From Octopus vulgaris (taxonomy: Eukaryota), in assembly GCA_951406725.2 (NCBI GenBank), contig OX597823.1, positions 52,700,001 through 52,764,000 on the forward strand: a DNA stretch of 64,000 nucleotides. The letters run 5' to 3'. Positions 1-14,433 of the stretch are shown here, one piece after another (within the stretch, counting starts at the first letter, position 1; every line of letters starts with the position of its first letter). The notes below the pieces were generated by a model, which did not search any database, was not told the DNA's origin, and worked only from the letters and a program-made list of their open reading frames with translations. The position numbers were made by a program, and so were the translations under genes.

Positions 1-245
1 TTAAGTTATGAGGACATAAGCACAACAACAATGGCTGACAAGATACAAAAGCACGCACACACACACATACACACACACACACACACATGCAAACACACAC
101 ACGCAAACACATACATATATCCACTCACAAGACTTTGGTCAGCCTGTAACTATAGTAAAAGATACTTGCTGAAGGTGCCAGGCAGTGGAACTGAACCAAG
201 AACCATGTGGTTGGGAAATAAGATTCTTACCATACAGCCTCTGTG
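1..245 (-). mobile_element. SINE family A (tRNA-headed, internal microsatellite), partial
   Basis: Reverse complement of the head seen at 4041 (ggaactgaaccaagaaccatgtggttggg; ccactcacaagactttggtcagcc) plus internal CA tract. Confidence 0.75.
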
Positions 246-433
246 AAATTTACTATTCCCATTCACGTACTGGACATCCTACTTCAGAATCAGTTGTTGC
301 TTTTCTATTTGGTGAAACCCAACTTTCAAGATTGGTGACAAATTAATTCATTACATAACAGAAGAATATGAAATATTGAAGGGCACTGATACGTAGTTGT
401 TTGACCTGCAAGGAATGGCACCTAAATCATAAA

Positions 434-750
434 AGCATGTGGCTTAGTGGTTAGGTTGTTTGACTCATAATCATAAGGTCATGAGTTCAATTCCTGGTGG
501 TGCATTCTGTTTTCTGTGCAAGAGACATTATGTCATGTTGCTCCAGTTCACTCAGCTGACAAAAATGAGTGGTACCTGTATTTAATAGAGCCAACCTTAT
601 GACATTCTCTGTCATACTGAATCTCCTTAAGAACTATGTTAAAGGTCCATGTGTCTGTAGAGTGCTCAGCTACTTACACATTAAATTTCATATGCAGGTT
701 GATCTACTGATTAGATCAACTGGAACCCTCATCATAACTAACAGAATGCC
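434..750 (+). mobile_element. SINE family C (tRNA head)
   Basis: A-box tggcttagtgg and B-box gagttcaattcc. Body and tail match the reverse complement of 53236-53590. Confidence 0.75.
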
Positions 751-1339
751 TATCAAACACCCAAATCTCCCATCAACTATACACAAAAAATGGAAATCTT
801 ATACATAAGTTCCAATTTCTGTTTGTTGCCATCTTGATGCCTACACCTGAGAATGAATCTTGACCAAACTTTGCATACATGTTAAACTAACATCCAGTTC
901 AATTATAGGCTAACTGAAATTCAATAAAAATCTATAATGGGCCCTCTAGAAGAGTTGAGATATTATTTGATAAAATGAGAAGGGTGCAAGAGTGTTAGTA
1001 TGAGGGAAATGTGGTGGCATACTGAGTGTGGTTGATATCAGGGAAGGGGAGAACAGCATTATATAAGTGTCAAATATGGAGTGGCAGTAGGATGGTAATG
1101 TTAATTCACCTGTCATTCAGGGATATACATGCAACACTGCATACATGCTTTCGTAAATACATAGATACATGCATACACACACACACACACAAACACACAC
1201 GCATATACACATAAGTAAATTTTAAACTGCCAAGGCTGGGAAATAAAGGTGGGTGTGAGGAATACGTAGCTTTAAAGTGAGAGGGGCTAGGTGGATTTTC
1301 TGCTGTCCATCGCAAAGAAACTCCCCCCACACACACACA

Positions 1340-1435
1340 TGCACATACATAGATATACATACATACGTACATGTATACATACATACATGCATACATACAT
1401 ATATACATACATACATACATACATACATACATACA

Positions 1436-1465
<30 letters not shown>
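1340..1465. repeat. (CATA)n microsatellite
   Basis: Direct reading. Confidence 0.95.
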
Positions 1466-1466
<1 letters not shown>

Positions 1467-2129
1467 GTCTACTATACACCATTTTAAACTCATGATTACC
1501 TGTGTGTACATTTGTAAGTGTATGTGTGTAAATGTGTGATATCTTATAACTGTCTGTCTCTTTACTTTTGCCGTCACATATTGTGAAATCTTAAAATTAC
1601 ATCAAAATTTTCAAATTTGGCATATTGAAATAATTTTCCACATTAAATGGGATTTTGTTATTTATTTGTTTCAGAAACATTGCAAAAAAATGTTATCGAG
1701 TTTTAAAGTTTAATCAATTTTACCTAATCAGAAAACAAGATTTGGAAGCTAGCATTTTCTGCATGATAGCTGTCTATCATAAAATGAAAGCAAAGCATTG
1801 CAACAACCAAAGCTGTAAGAACTTCTGTAGTTTTAATAAGTTCTAATGAATAAAGCCATGTGAAATGATTGAACAGACAGGTAAATAATTTAAAAAGGAA
1901 AAAATCCTCAATGATGTTTTTTTGCAAAAAATTGCACAAATCTGTCCTGACCAAGAGGCCTATTTGTTGGGGAAGGCATGGTCTGACATGGAATAAATAA
2001 AAGTCTATATAAGACATTCTATTGTAAAAAGTGCCCAGCAACAATGGGCTATGCAGCTAGTATTTAATAAAATATTGCTAGTACAAACCCAATGTAGAGC
2101 TATCCAATTTTCTCTTATCCCTTCTATAT

Positions 2130-2277
2130 AATCTTTTCTACTCTAGATAGATGGCCTGAGATTTTGGGTGGACTGGGTAGCTGATTAAATCGACCCCAGT
2201 ATTCAACTTGTATTTATTTCATCAACCCCAAAAAAGGTAAAAGGCAAAATTGACCTTGGTGAAATTTAAACTCAGAA
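2130..2277 (-). mobile_element. SINE family B, 3' part
   Basis: Reverse complement of the ctgagttcaaatt...gcctttcatcctttcggggtcgataaa...ctggggtcgat core found in many copies here. Confidence 0.65.
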
Positions 2278-2279
2278 AG

Positions 2280-2946
2280 GATCTTTGGACGCCGGGCCTC
2301 AGTGAGGAAATGAAAAAGGACCAGGAGAGGTGGCAATTTGCTGTACTTGATAAGACTTGTCAAGCTAAGTAAAATCGCAGTCTTCCACACATACAGGCTT
2401 GGCCTTTCAGGTGCCAGTGCCGCTCAAAAAGCATCTATGCCGCATTAACACACCCATATCAGTACTGCATATATGTACTTCTGCCAGTGGCATGTGAAAA
2501 GCACCCAGCACACTCTGTTAAGTGATTGGGGTCAGGAAGAGCATCCAGCTATAGAAATCATGCCACAACAGACAGCTGGCATCTGGACAGCTCCCTGCTA
2601 GCCAGCTCCATGTCAAACTGTCCAACCCATGCCAGCATGGAAAATAAAAAAATAAACGTACCCTTTTAAAGCCTGACCAGGTTCATGGATCGGGTTTCCT
2701 GGTTTCTATGGCGTATGTGTTTCCCATCTTGATGGGACACCAGTCCATCGCAGCGTTACTCATTTTTGCCAGCTGAGTGAACTGGAGCAACATGAAATGA
2801 AGTGTTTTGCTCAAGAACATAATGCATTGCCCGGTCCAGGAATCGAAACCACAATTTACGATCATGATGCTGACACCCTAACCCCTAAGCCACGTGTCTC
2901 CATGCCAGCATGGAAAGCAGACATTAAACAATGATGATGATGATGA
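2280..2946 (+). mobile_element. RTE-type LINE 3' end with a nested family C SINE (about 2660-2899, minus)
   Basis: Tail ccaacccatgccagcatggaaa...cattaaacaatgatgatg as at 58390-58452. The 17-bp duplication ccatgccagcatggaaa (2627-2643 and 2900-2916) flanks the nested SINE. Confidence 0.7.
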
Positions 2947-3279
2947 TAAATGTAAAGGGGAAGAAATGCTGCTAAGCATTTCGTCTGGCATACAAATAAT
3001 TTTGCCAGCCCAATGCTGGATGATCATGGTTAGAATGCCTTTGACTCTAGTTTTGTTCAATCAGAGCAGACTGGAAGTAATCAACAAAGCCAACACCCAA
3101 GTACATGAATGAACAGAAGTAAGTTTGTTGATTCAATATTTTCTAAATATTCTATTTCTAACGCATAAATCAATGTCATCTGCTTTGTGGCGCTTTCTAA
3201 TTAATGATGACTAGATAAGGAATATCTTTGAGATCTGATTTGAAGAACAAAACACTTTCTTGAAACTTTGCACTTGTTC

Positions 3280-3442
3280 ATATGTATATGTGTATGCAAC
3301 ACTGCATGTATATGAGTTGTATTCTTGCATGTGTATGCACACATTCACACACATGTACACAAACACAATCACACATGTATTTAAATACGTGTACATATGT
3401 GTGTGTGTGTGTGAATGCAAATGTATTGTATGTATGTGTAAC

Positions 3443-3478
<36 letters not shown>

Positions 3479-3710
3479 AAATATATACATATGCAAACAT
3501 ACTTTTATTCATGTACATATATATATGTATTTATTTATATATATATATATATATATACGCACATGCACACACATACATATGTATATATATATGTACATAT
3601 ATATATATGTATATGTACATATATATATGTATATATATACAAACATATATATAAATATATATATCCATATATATCCATATGTATGCACATATATATGCAT
3701 ATATATCCAT

Positions 3711-3743
<33 letters not shown>

Positions 3744-3815
3744 CATACACATGCACATTCATGCACACACATACATATGTATATGTATATATGCTTTTGC
3801 ATATGTGTGTGTACA
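3280..3815. repeat. compound TA/CA/TG microsatellite
   Basis: Direct reading; source of the spurious YIYI/HTHT ORFs. Confidence 0.95.
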
Positions 3816-4040
3816 TACTTAATGGTAAAATCACATTAATTGTCAGGTGTCTTGTTCCTCATTGTCTATATCAGGCAAGATATCTATTCATTTTAACTAT
3901 TTTCATTATTTACTCAGCAAAATAAGCAGTTTTGATATTCTTTTCTAACTTCACCAGGTAAAGATGGTTTCAATAACTGAAGCTATCCTATAAAAACCAC
4001 TTGAACTACTATTTTCGCATAGCCCTTATAAATACATCAT

Positions 4041-4480
4041 GCAGGAGTGGCACAGCAGTGGCTGTGTGGTAAATAGCTTGCTTACCAACCACATTGTTCT
4101 GGGTTCAGTCCCATTGCGTAGCACTTGGGCAAGTATTTTCTACTATAGCCTCAGGCAGACCAAAGCCTTGTGAGTGGATTTGGAAGATGGAAACTGAAAG
4201 AAACCTGTCGTATACATATATATATCTATATATGTATATATGTATATATATATATGTATGTATATGTGTGATTGTGTGTGTGTGTGTGCATGTTTGGCAA
4301 CCAATGCTGGTGTGTTTACATCTCCGTACCTTAGCAGTTCAGCAAAAGAGAACAATAGAATAAGTACTAGGCTTACAAAGAATAAGTCCTGAGGTTGATT
4401 TATTCAACTAAAGGCAGTGCTCCAGCATGGCTACTGTCAAATGACTGAAACAAGTAAAAGAGTAAAAGAATAAAAGAAAA
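4041..4480 (+). mobile_element. SINE family A, near full length
   Basis: tRNA-like head (ggctgtgtggtaa...gggttcagtcccattgc), internal (TA)n(TG)n, body and gtaaaaga-repeat tail. Confidence 0.85.
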
Positions 4481-4577
4481 ACATATATTATATGTACATA
4501 CTTGTAACTCATGCATAAATCCTGTAGTTAGTGTTGGTTATTAAAATATTTTATGTGCAGTTTCAAATAAAAACTGC

Positions 4578-4935
4578 ACATTTGACATTGGATTTATTGC
4601 CAGGTAATATAAGATATATATTTTACATTTAAACTATCTCTGTTACCAGGTGAAATGGGGCATACATTTCATATTTCACCTGGGTATAATATCAGGTGAA
4701 ATGGAGCCCACATTTCACATTTGATAGGGTATATTGCCAAGTGAGATGGGGTTTACATTTCACATGTGATCTGAGCTTACTGCCAGATGTAATGGAGTCT
4801 AAATTTCACATTTGTTCTGGATCTATTGCCGGAACAAATGGAGCCAACATTTCACATTTGATTTGGGTATGCAACCAGCTGAAATGAGACCTATATTTCG
4901 TATTTGGTTGGAGATTCCTTACCAGTTGAAATGCC
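4578..4935. repeat. diverged ~46-bp minisatellite, about 8 units
   Basis: Approximate consensus catttcacatttgatctgggtctattgccaggtgaaatggagccca. Confidence 0.85.
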
Positions 4936-4994
4936 GCTTTTAGTTCACTAGTTAGAAGTTAATGACTAAGGTAATTAACTCTAATAGTTAAATG

Positions 4995-5247
4995 AGTGTT
5001 TCTCAACTAGGGTCCATATGACTTTTGGGGGTCTATATAAGATTCTGTCATTAGAATTTATATGCATTAAATTGGTTATACTTTTACAATACACAACATA
5101 TTCTAGCAAATTTTTTATACAATTTCTAATATCATTTAAGAATATGAAAATATAATATGATTTTTAAACATCAAGTGGTTCAGGATCCATCCATGTGAAA
5201 TAGTAATGAAAAAGATCCACAGGAGAAAATTAATTGAGAAGTATTGA
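4995..5247. mobile_element. degenerate hAT-like MITE; second partial copy about 5505-5651
   Basis: Ends agtgtttctcaact / aattgagaagtatt resemble CAGTGGTTCTCAAC-type TIRs. The 3' half recurs at 5520-5650. Confidence 0.5.
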
Positions 5248-5446
5248 CGTAGAGTCTACATCAAATTATTAGGTGGTTGGTGTTTTGCTGTAGATTAGCC
5301 ATGATCAAACAATCACATCAGATAAACTAGCTATGACATTCCAATCACATTTTCAGGCATAGTCAACCCAGTAGTATATCATCTTATGTGTCCTTCATTT
5401 AAACAGAGTTTTTAATTTCTGGTAGGGACACCATATTTTTTAAGCC

Positions 5447-5503
5447 ACCATAATATTCTTGGTAGTATATTAAAGGCTTATATACTACCAAGAGTATTAT
5501 GGT
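5447..5503. other. 57-nt hairpin (24-bp stem, 9-nt loop)
   Basis: accataatattcttggtagtatat / atatactaccaagagtattatggt, with one G-T pair. Confidence 0.9.
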
Positions 5504-6701
5504 TCCATAATGAAATATACAAATGAAATTTCTAATAATATGTAATTAAACAAATATATGATTTTTTAAACATCAAATAGTTATGAAGGTTCATCCAATG
5601 TGAAACAGAATTCAAGGGGGTCCATAGGGAAAAAATTGGTTGAGAACTACTTAAATTATTCTACTAACAAATCATACAGATGTGCAAACATTTGAGTCAG
5701 TATAATGAATAAAGATTTTCTTGAAAATTAGTTCACTTGTTAAATCAACAATGATATACAAAACAATTTCAGTTGTGTGACCATGCAACATAAATTGGAA
5801 ATGTTTCAAAATATATACCGTTTCATTGGTTAACCAACCATCTTTTATTACATGTTCTGTGCTTATGATCTACTATAATAGTAAAGATTAAACAAACGTC
5901 AAACAAAAGCTGTTCCCTTGGCTTGGTGATGAAACTGAAAATAAAAACGCTTCCAGAATTCGTACTTAGTGACATTGCAAATGGAATTAATGTGCATAAT
6001 TTACATTTAAATCAAAATAGCAAATCATATTTAAAACTATTGTTTTCTCATTGTTTTTTTTTATTCCTTTCCAATACTCACCAGGAGACAACAAATTTCA
6101 AGAAAAAAAAAGTGGGTTATGCCAACTTCTCTTACAATTGAATGCATATAAGTACTTGAAATTTAAATTTTCACAACAGGTTTACTTTTTCTACATGTTT
6201 TATTAAGGTTACTTGCGGTCGTAAATTTCCCATAACAGATTATGTCAAATAAATTCAGTTTATTTTCTCAGTCCATCAGAGAAGTTGTTGGCTTCCTGTG
6301 ATTCCACAGCACTACATTGTTACTTAGAAATCTTATTATAGACTCTTCCAGATATTTACATACACTGTAATGGCTTCATTTAAAAAGGATTGTCGATCAA
6401 ACAACTGCAGCAACACACTCCCACCGAAACCCCTTACATCGAAATGCACTCCGTCACTTGAATAATTTAACATTAATAAGATCATAAATTCTACTGACAG
6501 TGATAATATTTTTTTGTCTGTACATTTATTTTACTATTAATTTTTTTCTATGTATTTTCTTAGAATACAATTCTTTAAAGAGTTTCAGAGCATTGACTGC
6601 AAAACTTTCATCTACCTATGTAAATCTATACATACATATTCACACACAAACGTAAATGCACAGAGGCACGTATTTATACATACACATGTACATATGTATA
6701 T

Positions 6702-7130
6702 ATCATCATCATCACTGTTTAATGTCTGCTTTCTATGCTGGCATGAGTTGGATGGCTTGACTGAGGACTGGCAAGCCAGGAGGCTGCACCAGGCTCCAAA
6801 CTGATCTGGCAAGGCTTCTACAGCTGGATGCCCTTCTTACCACCAACTACTCCGAGAGTACAGTGAGTTCTTTTTGCATGCCACCGACATGAGGGCCAGT
6901 CAGGTGGCACTGGCATCGATCACACTCGAATAGTACTTTTTACATGCCACCAGAATGGGAGCCAGTCAGGCAGCACTGGCATCGACCATGTTTGAATGGT
7001 GCTTTTTACGTGCCACTTGCACAGGCATTGTCCATGCTCGAATGGTACTTTTACATGCCAGTCAAGCATCACTGGCATCAGTCACAACTACGATTTCTCT
7101 TGACTCAACAAGTCTTCTCAAGCACTGAAT
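6702..7130 (-). mobile_element. RTE-type LINE 3' UTR/tail
   Basis: Reverse complement of the 58030-58452 tail, including repeated gcttttta(c/t)gtgcca units and a (cat)n end. Confidence 0.75.
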
Positions 7131-7208
7131 ATTTCCCTATGATTTGTATATATATATATACACACATACACATATATAAACACATATAGATATTTATATA
7201 TATATATA

Positions 7209-8225
7209 CTAGCAGAGTAACCTGGCCTTGCTTGGGATTAAAATAGCATAGTTTATTTATTGATTTACTTGTTTTGGGATTATAATCCGATTTCATTTGG
7301 GTCTACTCGGGCCACATTTTAAAGATGAGGAATTCCCCCCCCAAAAAAAACGAAAATTTTATTAAAAATTGATAATGAAAAGAAGCATGCCAAATGTTTA
7401 AACAGTCTTTGAGAAGTGACTGGAGAAACCTTGAAGATGCAGAGGTGAAGGGCAAAGAATGACAGGGAAATGCTGGAAAAAAAAAATCAAAACACCAATC
7501 AGGACTGCACAAAACTGAAATAGTATAATACGACTGCACTTATAATGTTTTGGATACAATATGTAGTCACACCTAATATAATTTTGCAGAATCAGTGTCA
7601 CAACATGAACCCATATGTTGGGAGTTTGACTGACAGAGTTGCAGAGGGAGCAGTGTGAAGAAGGTGGATGCAGTTGGGCTAAAAAATTGAGAAAGTTACA
7701 ATGACTCCAGTGATGGGAGAGTAATGGCGGTAAGTTCAAAAGTTTTATTGCAGGGCTTCTTTGAAGACAACATTCCTGGTGTTGCACAGATTACCACAAA
7801 TGAAGTGATTGTGTGGACTACTGACACAGGAGCATCCAGTGTATAGTTGACTGTGGGTAAATACCTGCTGTGTCAGATTTAGACCAGCTATTTGTAACGA
7901 CTGTCCCCTGTGCCTTGTTGATGCTCATTGCAAAGCATGCTTTTCTGGGAAACTGCCGTTGTGTAAATTCAAATGGCACGGCAGAGGGACTAAGGCTCAT
8001 GGTGGTTAATAACTTTGCCATGCCAGCAGACGGTTCACTCAGAATTAAGGTCCCAATTTTTAATGACCAAATGCGTACTGTTGCATAGTTCTGGTGGTTC
8101 CACATTTCTCAGCAGCATAACTGGAATAACATCCTTCAGTCTAAGGCCATGAGATGGAAGTCTGGGACGTAGTTGTCTGTTGAGAAATTCAATAGGTGTA
8201 CAAATTTTCAGCTCAATATGACCAC
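7209..8225 (-). mobile_element. Helitron 3' fragment
   Basis: Minus-strand end atcccaagcaaggccaggttactctgCTAG followed by T, with a degenerate subterminal hairpin; contains a Pif1 helicase remnant. Confidence 0.85.
7815..8200 (-). pseudogene. Helitron RepHel Pif1-like helicase C-terminal remnant (frameshifted)
   Basis: Translates to TPIEFLN...LPSHGLRLKDVIPVMLLRNVEPPELCNSTHL, FEFTQRQFPRKACFAMSINKAQG and VFTHSQLYTGCSCVS, which are Pif1/Helitron motifs. Confidence 0.9.
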
Positions 8226-8448
8226 ATTTACTAACACTTTTGCCTGCTTTGGCTGGCTTTGGCTATAGCAGAAGAGATTTGCCCAAAGTTCTACATAATA
8301 AAACTGAACCTGAGAGCATGTGGTTGAGAAGCAAACTTCTTAACACACAGCCATATCTGAAGAGAGAAATCTAAGTGTAGAATTTCGTTAAACTAATAAT
8401 TTGATTCAAAACTCATTGCCATTATATTAATAATATAGTTCTGATCAT

Positions 8449-8662
8449 ATGGCTGCAAGCTGGAAAAAATATTAGCATGCCGGGTGAAATGCTTTGCAGT
8501 ATTTCATCTGTCTTTATGTTCTGAGTTCAAGTTCTGCCAAGGTCAACTTTACCTTTCATCCTTTCAGAGCCGATAAATTAAGTACCAGTTGTGTACTGGG
8601 GTCGATCTAATCGAGTGCTGCCCTCCCCCAAAATTTCAGGCCTTGTGCCTAGAGTAGAAAAG
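8449..8662 (+). mobile_element. SINE family B (Meta-domain-like core), full length with TSD
   Basis: Perfect 17-bp TSD aatatagttctgatcat at 8432-8448 and 8663-8679; B-box gagttcaagt. Confidence 0.9.
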
Positions 8663-9039
8663 AATATAGTTCTGATCATGAATACTTGTTATCCTATGAA
8701 AGACAGGAAGCTAAATTTTTATTATCATGTTTAGTGTATTTATAGAAGAGAAAATTGTTTGAATGGTGACAGTTCATAATAATCTTCTCTTAAGAATTTA
8801 ACACAAATTTAATGATTTCTAGAATGTTACATGCACATAAGCAACATATTTTTTTTTTTTGTCACACTGATAAAAATTTGTAGACAAGGCTTTCACCGGG
8901 TTGATGAATGCCAAATATGGCAATTTAGTTTTGGTTAAATATTTCTGCATCTGTGATGCAAGAAAGAGAGCAGCAGTTGCACTTCTCCCTGGCAAAAATC
9001 AAACTGCATTCCATTTAGTCTAACTCACTTATTCTTATT

Positions 9040-9166
9040 CTTTGTAAGCCTAGTACTTATTCTATCAGTCTTTCTTGCCGAACCGCTAAGTGACAGGGAC
9101 GTAAACACACTACCATCGGTTGTCAAGCGATGTTTGGGGGACAAACACAGACACACAAACATATAA

Positions 9167-9206
<40 letters not shown>

Positions 9207-9292
9207 GACGGGCTTCTGTCAGTTTCCGTCTATTAAATCCACTCACAAGGCTTTGGTCGGCCTGAGGTTATAGTAGAAGACACTTGCCCAAA
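9040..9292 (-). mobile_element. SINE family A, internal part
   Basis: Reverse complement of the family A body with internal (TA)n. Confidence 0.85.
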
Positions 9293-9869
9293 GTAACTTT
9301 TTTCTGTAAATCTCATGACCTGGCCCAGCAGTTTGATACCCCTGTAATAATTTCTTTCTTAGGGCATCTCCTCTATACTTGTAACTGGTGTAAACTGTTA
9401 CTACACCAGTTATTGGATATAACACCTTCCTGTACAACCTAATTGACCATGCAAGTGACCATGCTGTATCCCACTCTGCCAATTATTTTAGGCAACCCTC
9501 ATTCAGTATATATATATTTATATATGCTCTTTAACATTGATGAATGAAAGTATAGAGTATAAATTATGATGTGAGTCGCAATCAGAATTCCATTTCAATA
9601 TCCTGGATTTCATGTCCTGAATACCAAAAATATGACTGTTTCAGAATGGATCCTAACTATATTTTATATGAATATGCAAACCATGTATTATAGGATTATA
9701 CAAAACAGAATTTATATTTATAGGATGCTCAACCTTGCAAAAATAAATACTACAACTTAAACAACATGATGATTCTGTTAATTCTTATCTTCTTTACATA
9801 AGCATACATAATATTTAGTAAGAATATTTTCATTTTAGATATATTGGTATAACTTTTTTTTTTTTTTAT

Positions 9870-10172
9870 TTATGCGCCCTTTTCAAACCTAGCCAGGCTC
9901 ATGGGCCCGGTTTCCCAGTTTCTGTGGCATATCTGTTCCCCTCCAGCTGGACAGGACGCCAGTCCATCGCAGCGTTACTCAAGAAGCAAGAGTGAGAGAA
10001 AGTTGGGGCGAAAGAGTACAACAGGGGTCGCCACCACCCCCTGCTGGAGCCTCGTGGAGCTTTTTAGGTGTTTTTGCTCAATAAAGACACACAATGCCCG
10101 GTCTGGGAATCGAAACCACGATCCTCCAACCACAAGTCTGCTGCTCTAACCACTGGGCCATTGCAACCTCCA
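9870..10172 (-). mobile_element. SINE family C variant
   Basis: Close match to 46785-47091; tRNA head on the minus strand, poly-T at left. Confidence 0.85.
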
Positions 10173-10229
10173 CATAACTATCTCTTTCCATCCAGTCATA
10201 TCCTATACATAATTTTCTGTCTTCCCTAT

Positions 10230-10440
10230 TACTGGTTTCAGATTTTGTCACAAGGCCAGTAATTTTGTGAGTTCATTGAGTACAACGACTCCAGTACTTA
10301 CTGGTACTTATTTTATCAACTCTGGAAGGATGGAAGACAATGTCAAACTTAGCAGAATTCGAACTCAGCTTATGATGGTGGATGAAATGCTGCTAAGCAT
10401 TTTGTCCAGAGAGCTAACAATTCTGCCAGCTCACTGCTTT
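10230..10440 (-). mobile_element. SINE family B, diverged
   Basis: Reverse complement of the family B consensus. Confidence 0.65.
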
Positions 10441-11873
10441 ATATCTTCCCTATTATTAAATTAAATATGTTTGATAATTTTATACATTTAAAAACTAATG
10501 ATAGTCAACAATGATCCAATAAAGGAATTTCTGCACAGTCATTTCATCTGCAAGAAATAGGAGACAGTCTTCCCTTAAATTGGAGCTGTGGTTGTGGGGC
10601 TCCCTTTTGTCATTAATCTACTCACAAAGGCTTGGTGTGGGGCTAAAAATATAATGATCTAATTTAAGTATTGCTTCTTGAATGAACGTTGAATGTTGAA
10701 GGAATATCCACCCATTTTTAAGATATCTATCTAACTCATGTTGTGCTGATTTTCATTTCAATGGAAATTCATTTCATTAAGAATGATATCCTAATCCATG
10801 ATAATTCAAAGATTGAAGAAAATATATTCACCAATTTTCAATATTATCTTATCACAAATATATAGATTCTTGTGATTAGGTTTCATTCTTCATTTTCTAT
10901 TTAATATTTAATCTGCCTGGGAAGAAGTGTAGAAAATTTCCTTAGGGAAAAATTGAGATTCTGAGGAAATAGGTGATGGTCTGCATCAGAAGATTTTTCC
11001 CACAGAAGATTTTCTAAAAGACTTTGATAATTTTGATTGCTATGAGGAATGAAGAATCTAACGTTTCATTTTCTTGCTCTTCATCCGAGTGTGATGTAAA
11101 GATAGAAAGTGATAATGATGCTGTGGTTGCAAATTTCTATACATTTATGTGCTTGGTAAAATAACAATAAACATAATGCCTGTAGGCTCATTTTCAGTGA
11201 TAGACACAGGCTTTGCTTTGGAGTAAAGTAAATTTTTACTGTCATGATGTTCTGGGTATGATGCCAATAATACAAACTAAATCAGTTTCTTGGAGAAGAC
11301 CCTAAGTCTCATGACAAGCAAACACTACCCTTGTAGAAAGCTTAATGAGGAGGCTGTAAGCATCCACTGGAATGCCAGTTGTCTTCCAGATGTCATTAGA
11401 AATATCCTAACCTGTAACTGCAGAAGAATTTGATTAATTGTCCAGTAGAAATATTTTCAATAAGGCTGAGTTAGTACTATTACAAATAGGACATAGATAG
11501 GAGAGGTTTTTGTGAGAAGCATGTGAATGTGGGGGGTGCCCCCTAACCCCAGCTTCTTGAGATTTAGAGAAATATAATCTGGTGTAGCCTTCCATTTAAG
11601 TATCTAGCCATATTTCCGATGATTATACACCATATCTGCCAAGTGCTTCCCCCTACTGGATTCCCAGACAAATGTTTCTGGCTTTTTAGTCTTCCAAAAT
11701 GGTGTTTTTGTACCTTTTACCATAAGAGAGAATTTTTTTCTCTGCAGTAACAACAGTGAATTTGTCTTTAAAAGTTAAAATATATCACAAATATATTTTA
11801 ACTAACCTAACATTCATTTATTCTTAACCAGTGTTTGGAACTGATTCTGATATTAATGAGTATGCATATATCC

Positions 11874-12890
<1,017 letters not shown>

Positions 12891-14433
12891 CATATATATA
12901 TATATATATATACATATGTGTGTATGCGTGCATGCATGTGTGTGCGTGTGTGCATGTGTATGTGTAACAGAATTTTTGAAGGGAAAATTCATAAGACAGT
13001 TTTGTCTGCTCCAGTATTTCACTGCCATTTATTTTATCACATTTGGAGCAATGGAAACCTTAGTCAAACCATGCAAGAATTATTTCCTACAACACAGAGG
13101 AAAATAAGTATTGTAAAGCATTAAGTCCAGCCGTATTAGCAGCCTGACATTTATAATTAATATTGATCAAACTAATTCAGCTAAGCAACTTTTCCTGATG
13201 AACTTCACTGAAGCAGTTTGTTCTCACAAACTGTATGTTAAAAACTAACACTTCATTTGTCAATTACTCATGTCAGCTTTATATACTATCTGCTTGATGT
13301 AGCAGTTTAATTTTAAATAGGTAGTTGACCTAAATGGCAATAACTTTCCTCATGCACATGACAACAGTGTAAGCCATGAATTCTGCCTTTCTTAATCAGA
13401 GACTGTTTTATACTTGATCCAACAGCTGATATTCAAATTTCAAAATTTATGAACTAGAAATGCCTGTGAGCAAGATATTATCCTCATAGCTGGTGAGTTT
13501 GGTTTGTTTTAACTTTGGATTTATGTAATTTACTACCATTAAGTTTACAGGAAATGTTGTTGTTTAGAACGGTGTTATTGTTGATTGTAAAGGAGGAAAG
13601 AAACTGAAGTTATCACTGTCTTTTCTGTCTGAAATTTGGTCATTCTGCTATCTCCTCTTACCAAGAATAACTATCATTGTTTCCGCTCCAACCCAATATA
13701 GACGAGGTGCAGCCAATAAATATGATTTATGTTTTAGCTTTAGTAATTTGCCTCATGTTTTGCATAGACACAATTCTGAAACTGCTGTTTGTTATTTGGA
13801 AACATGAGTAGCCTTCTAGCTTATTCTCTTTAGAGAGAAATGTCAATATAAAAAGATGGAAATATATAAACAATCCCGTAAAAGTATTTCTCATTATGGG
13901 ATGATTTTACTCTGTCTGTCATAAAATACATGATATTACTACTTGCGACTAATTTTGACCATGACTCATACTTAAGAAGAGATGAAGTTAGTGTCTCTCA
14001 GCATTAGCCTATTCCTTTCTTCATCATGTAATTCTTTTTAGTAAAACATCTTTTAGTATAAATAAATATTAAGAAGGATGTCTGCTGATATAAAGATTAG
14101 CACTAATTTTCTCTTCTATGTAATAATGTCTGAAAATATTTAAGTGGATTGTCATAGAAATATATTTATTATTAATTTTGTTTCCTTCACTATTGCTTTT
14201 GTTTTCTCCATTTTCTACAATACTGGAAAAAACAACAAAATAATTTTTCACGTTTGAATAAAAAGAAATAATAATGAATTCTTTCATCAATGTCTATGAG
14301 AAAATACATGCAATTATAATGGAAAGAATACCTAAATAAATATAAATAGTACTTTATAAAATAGGAATGAAGATAACATATACATGGCAAGTTGAGCTCT
14401 TTATCAGAGGGACGCCAACCTTGCAAAGAATTA

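Noticed and set aside
434-500. tRNA gene calls at SINE heads
   Set aside because: A and B boxes are present but I see no complete cloverleaf, and each continues into a SINE body.
1655-1846. Possible exon after tttgtttcag
   Set aside because: Short frame with no homology I recognise.
3260-3925. Long ORFs rich in Y/I/H/T/C/V (also 50881-52081, 53809-54617 and others)
   Set aside because: Translations of TA/CA/TG microsatellites, which lack stop codons; no protein signal.
4578-4935. CRISPR-like appearance of repeats with dyads
   Set aside because: The linkers are homologous to each other, the repeats are diverged, the context is eukaryotic and there are no cas genes.
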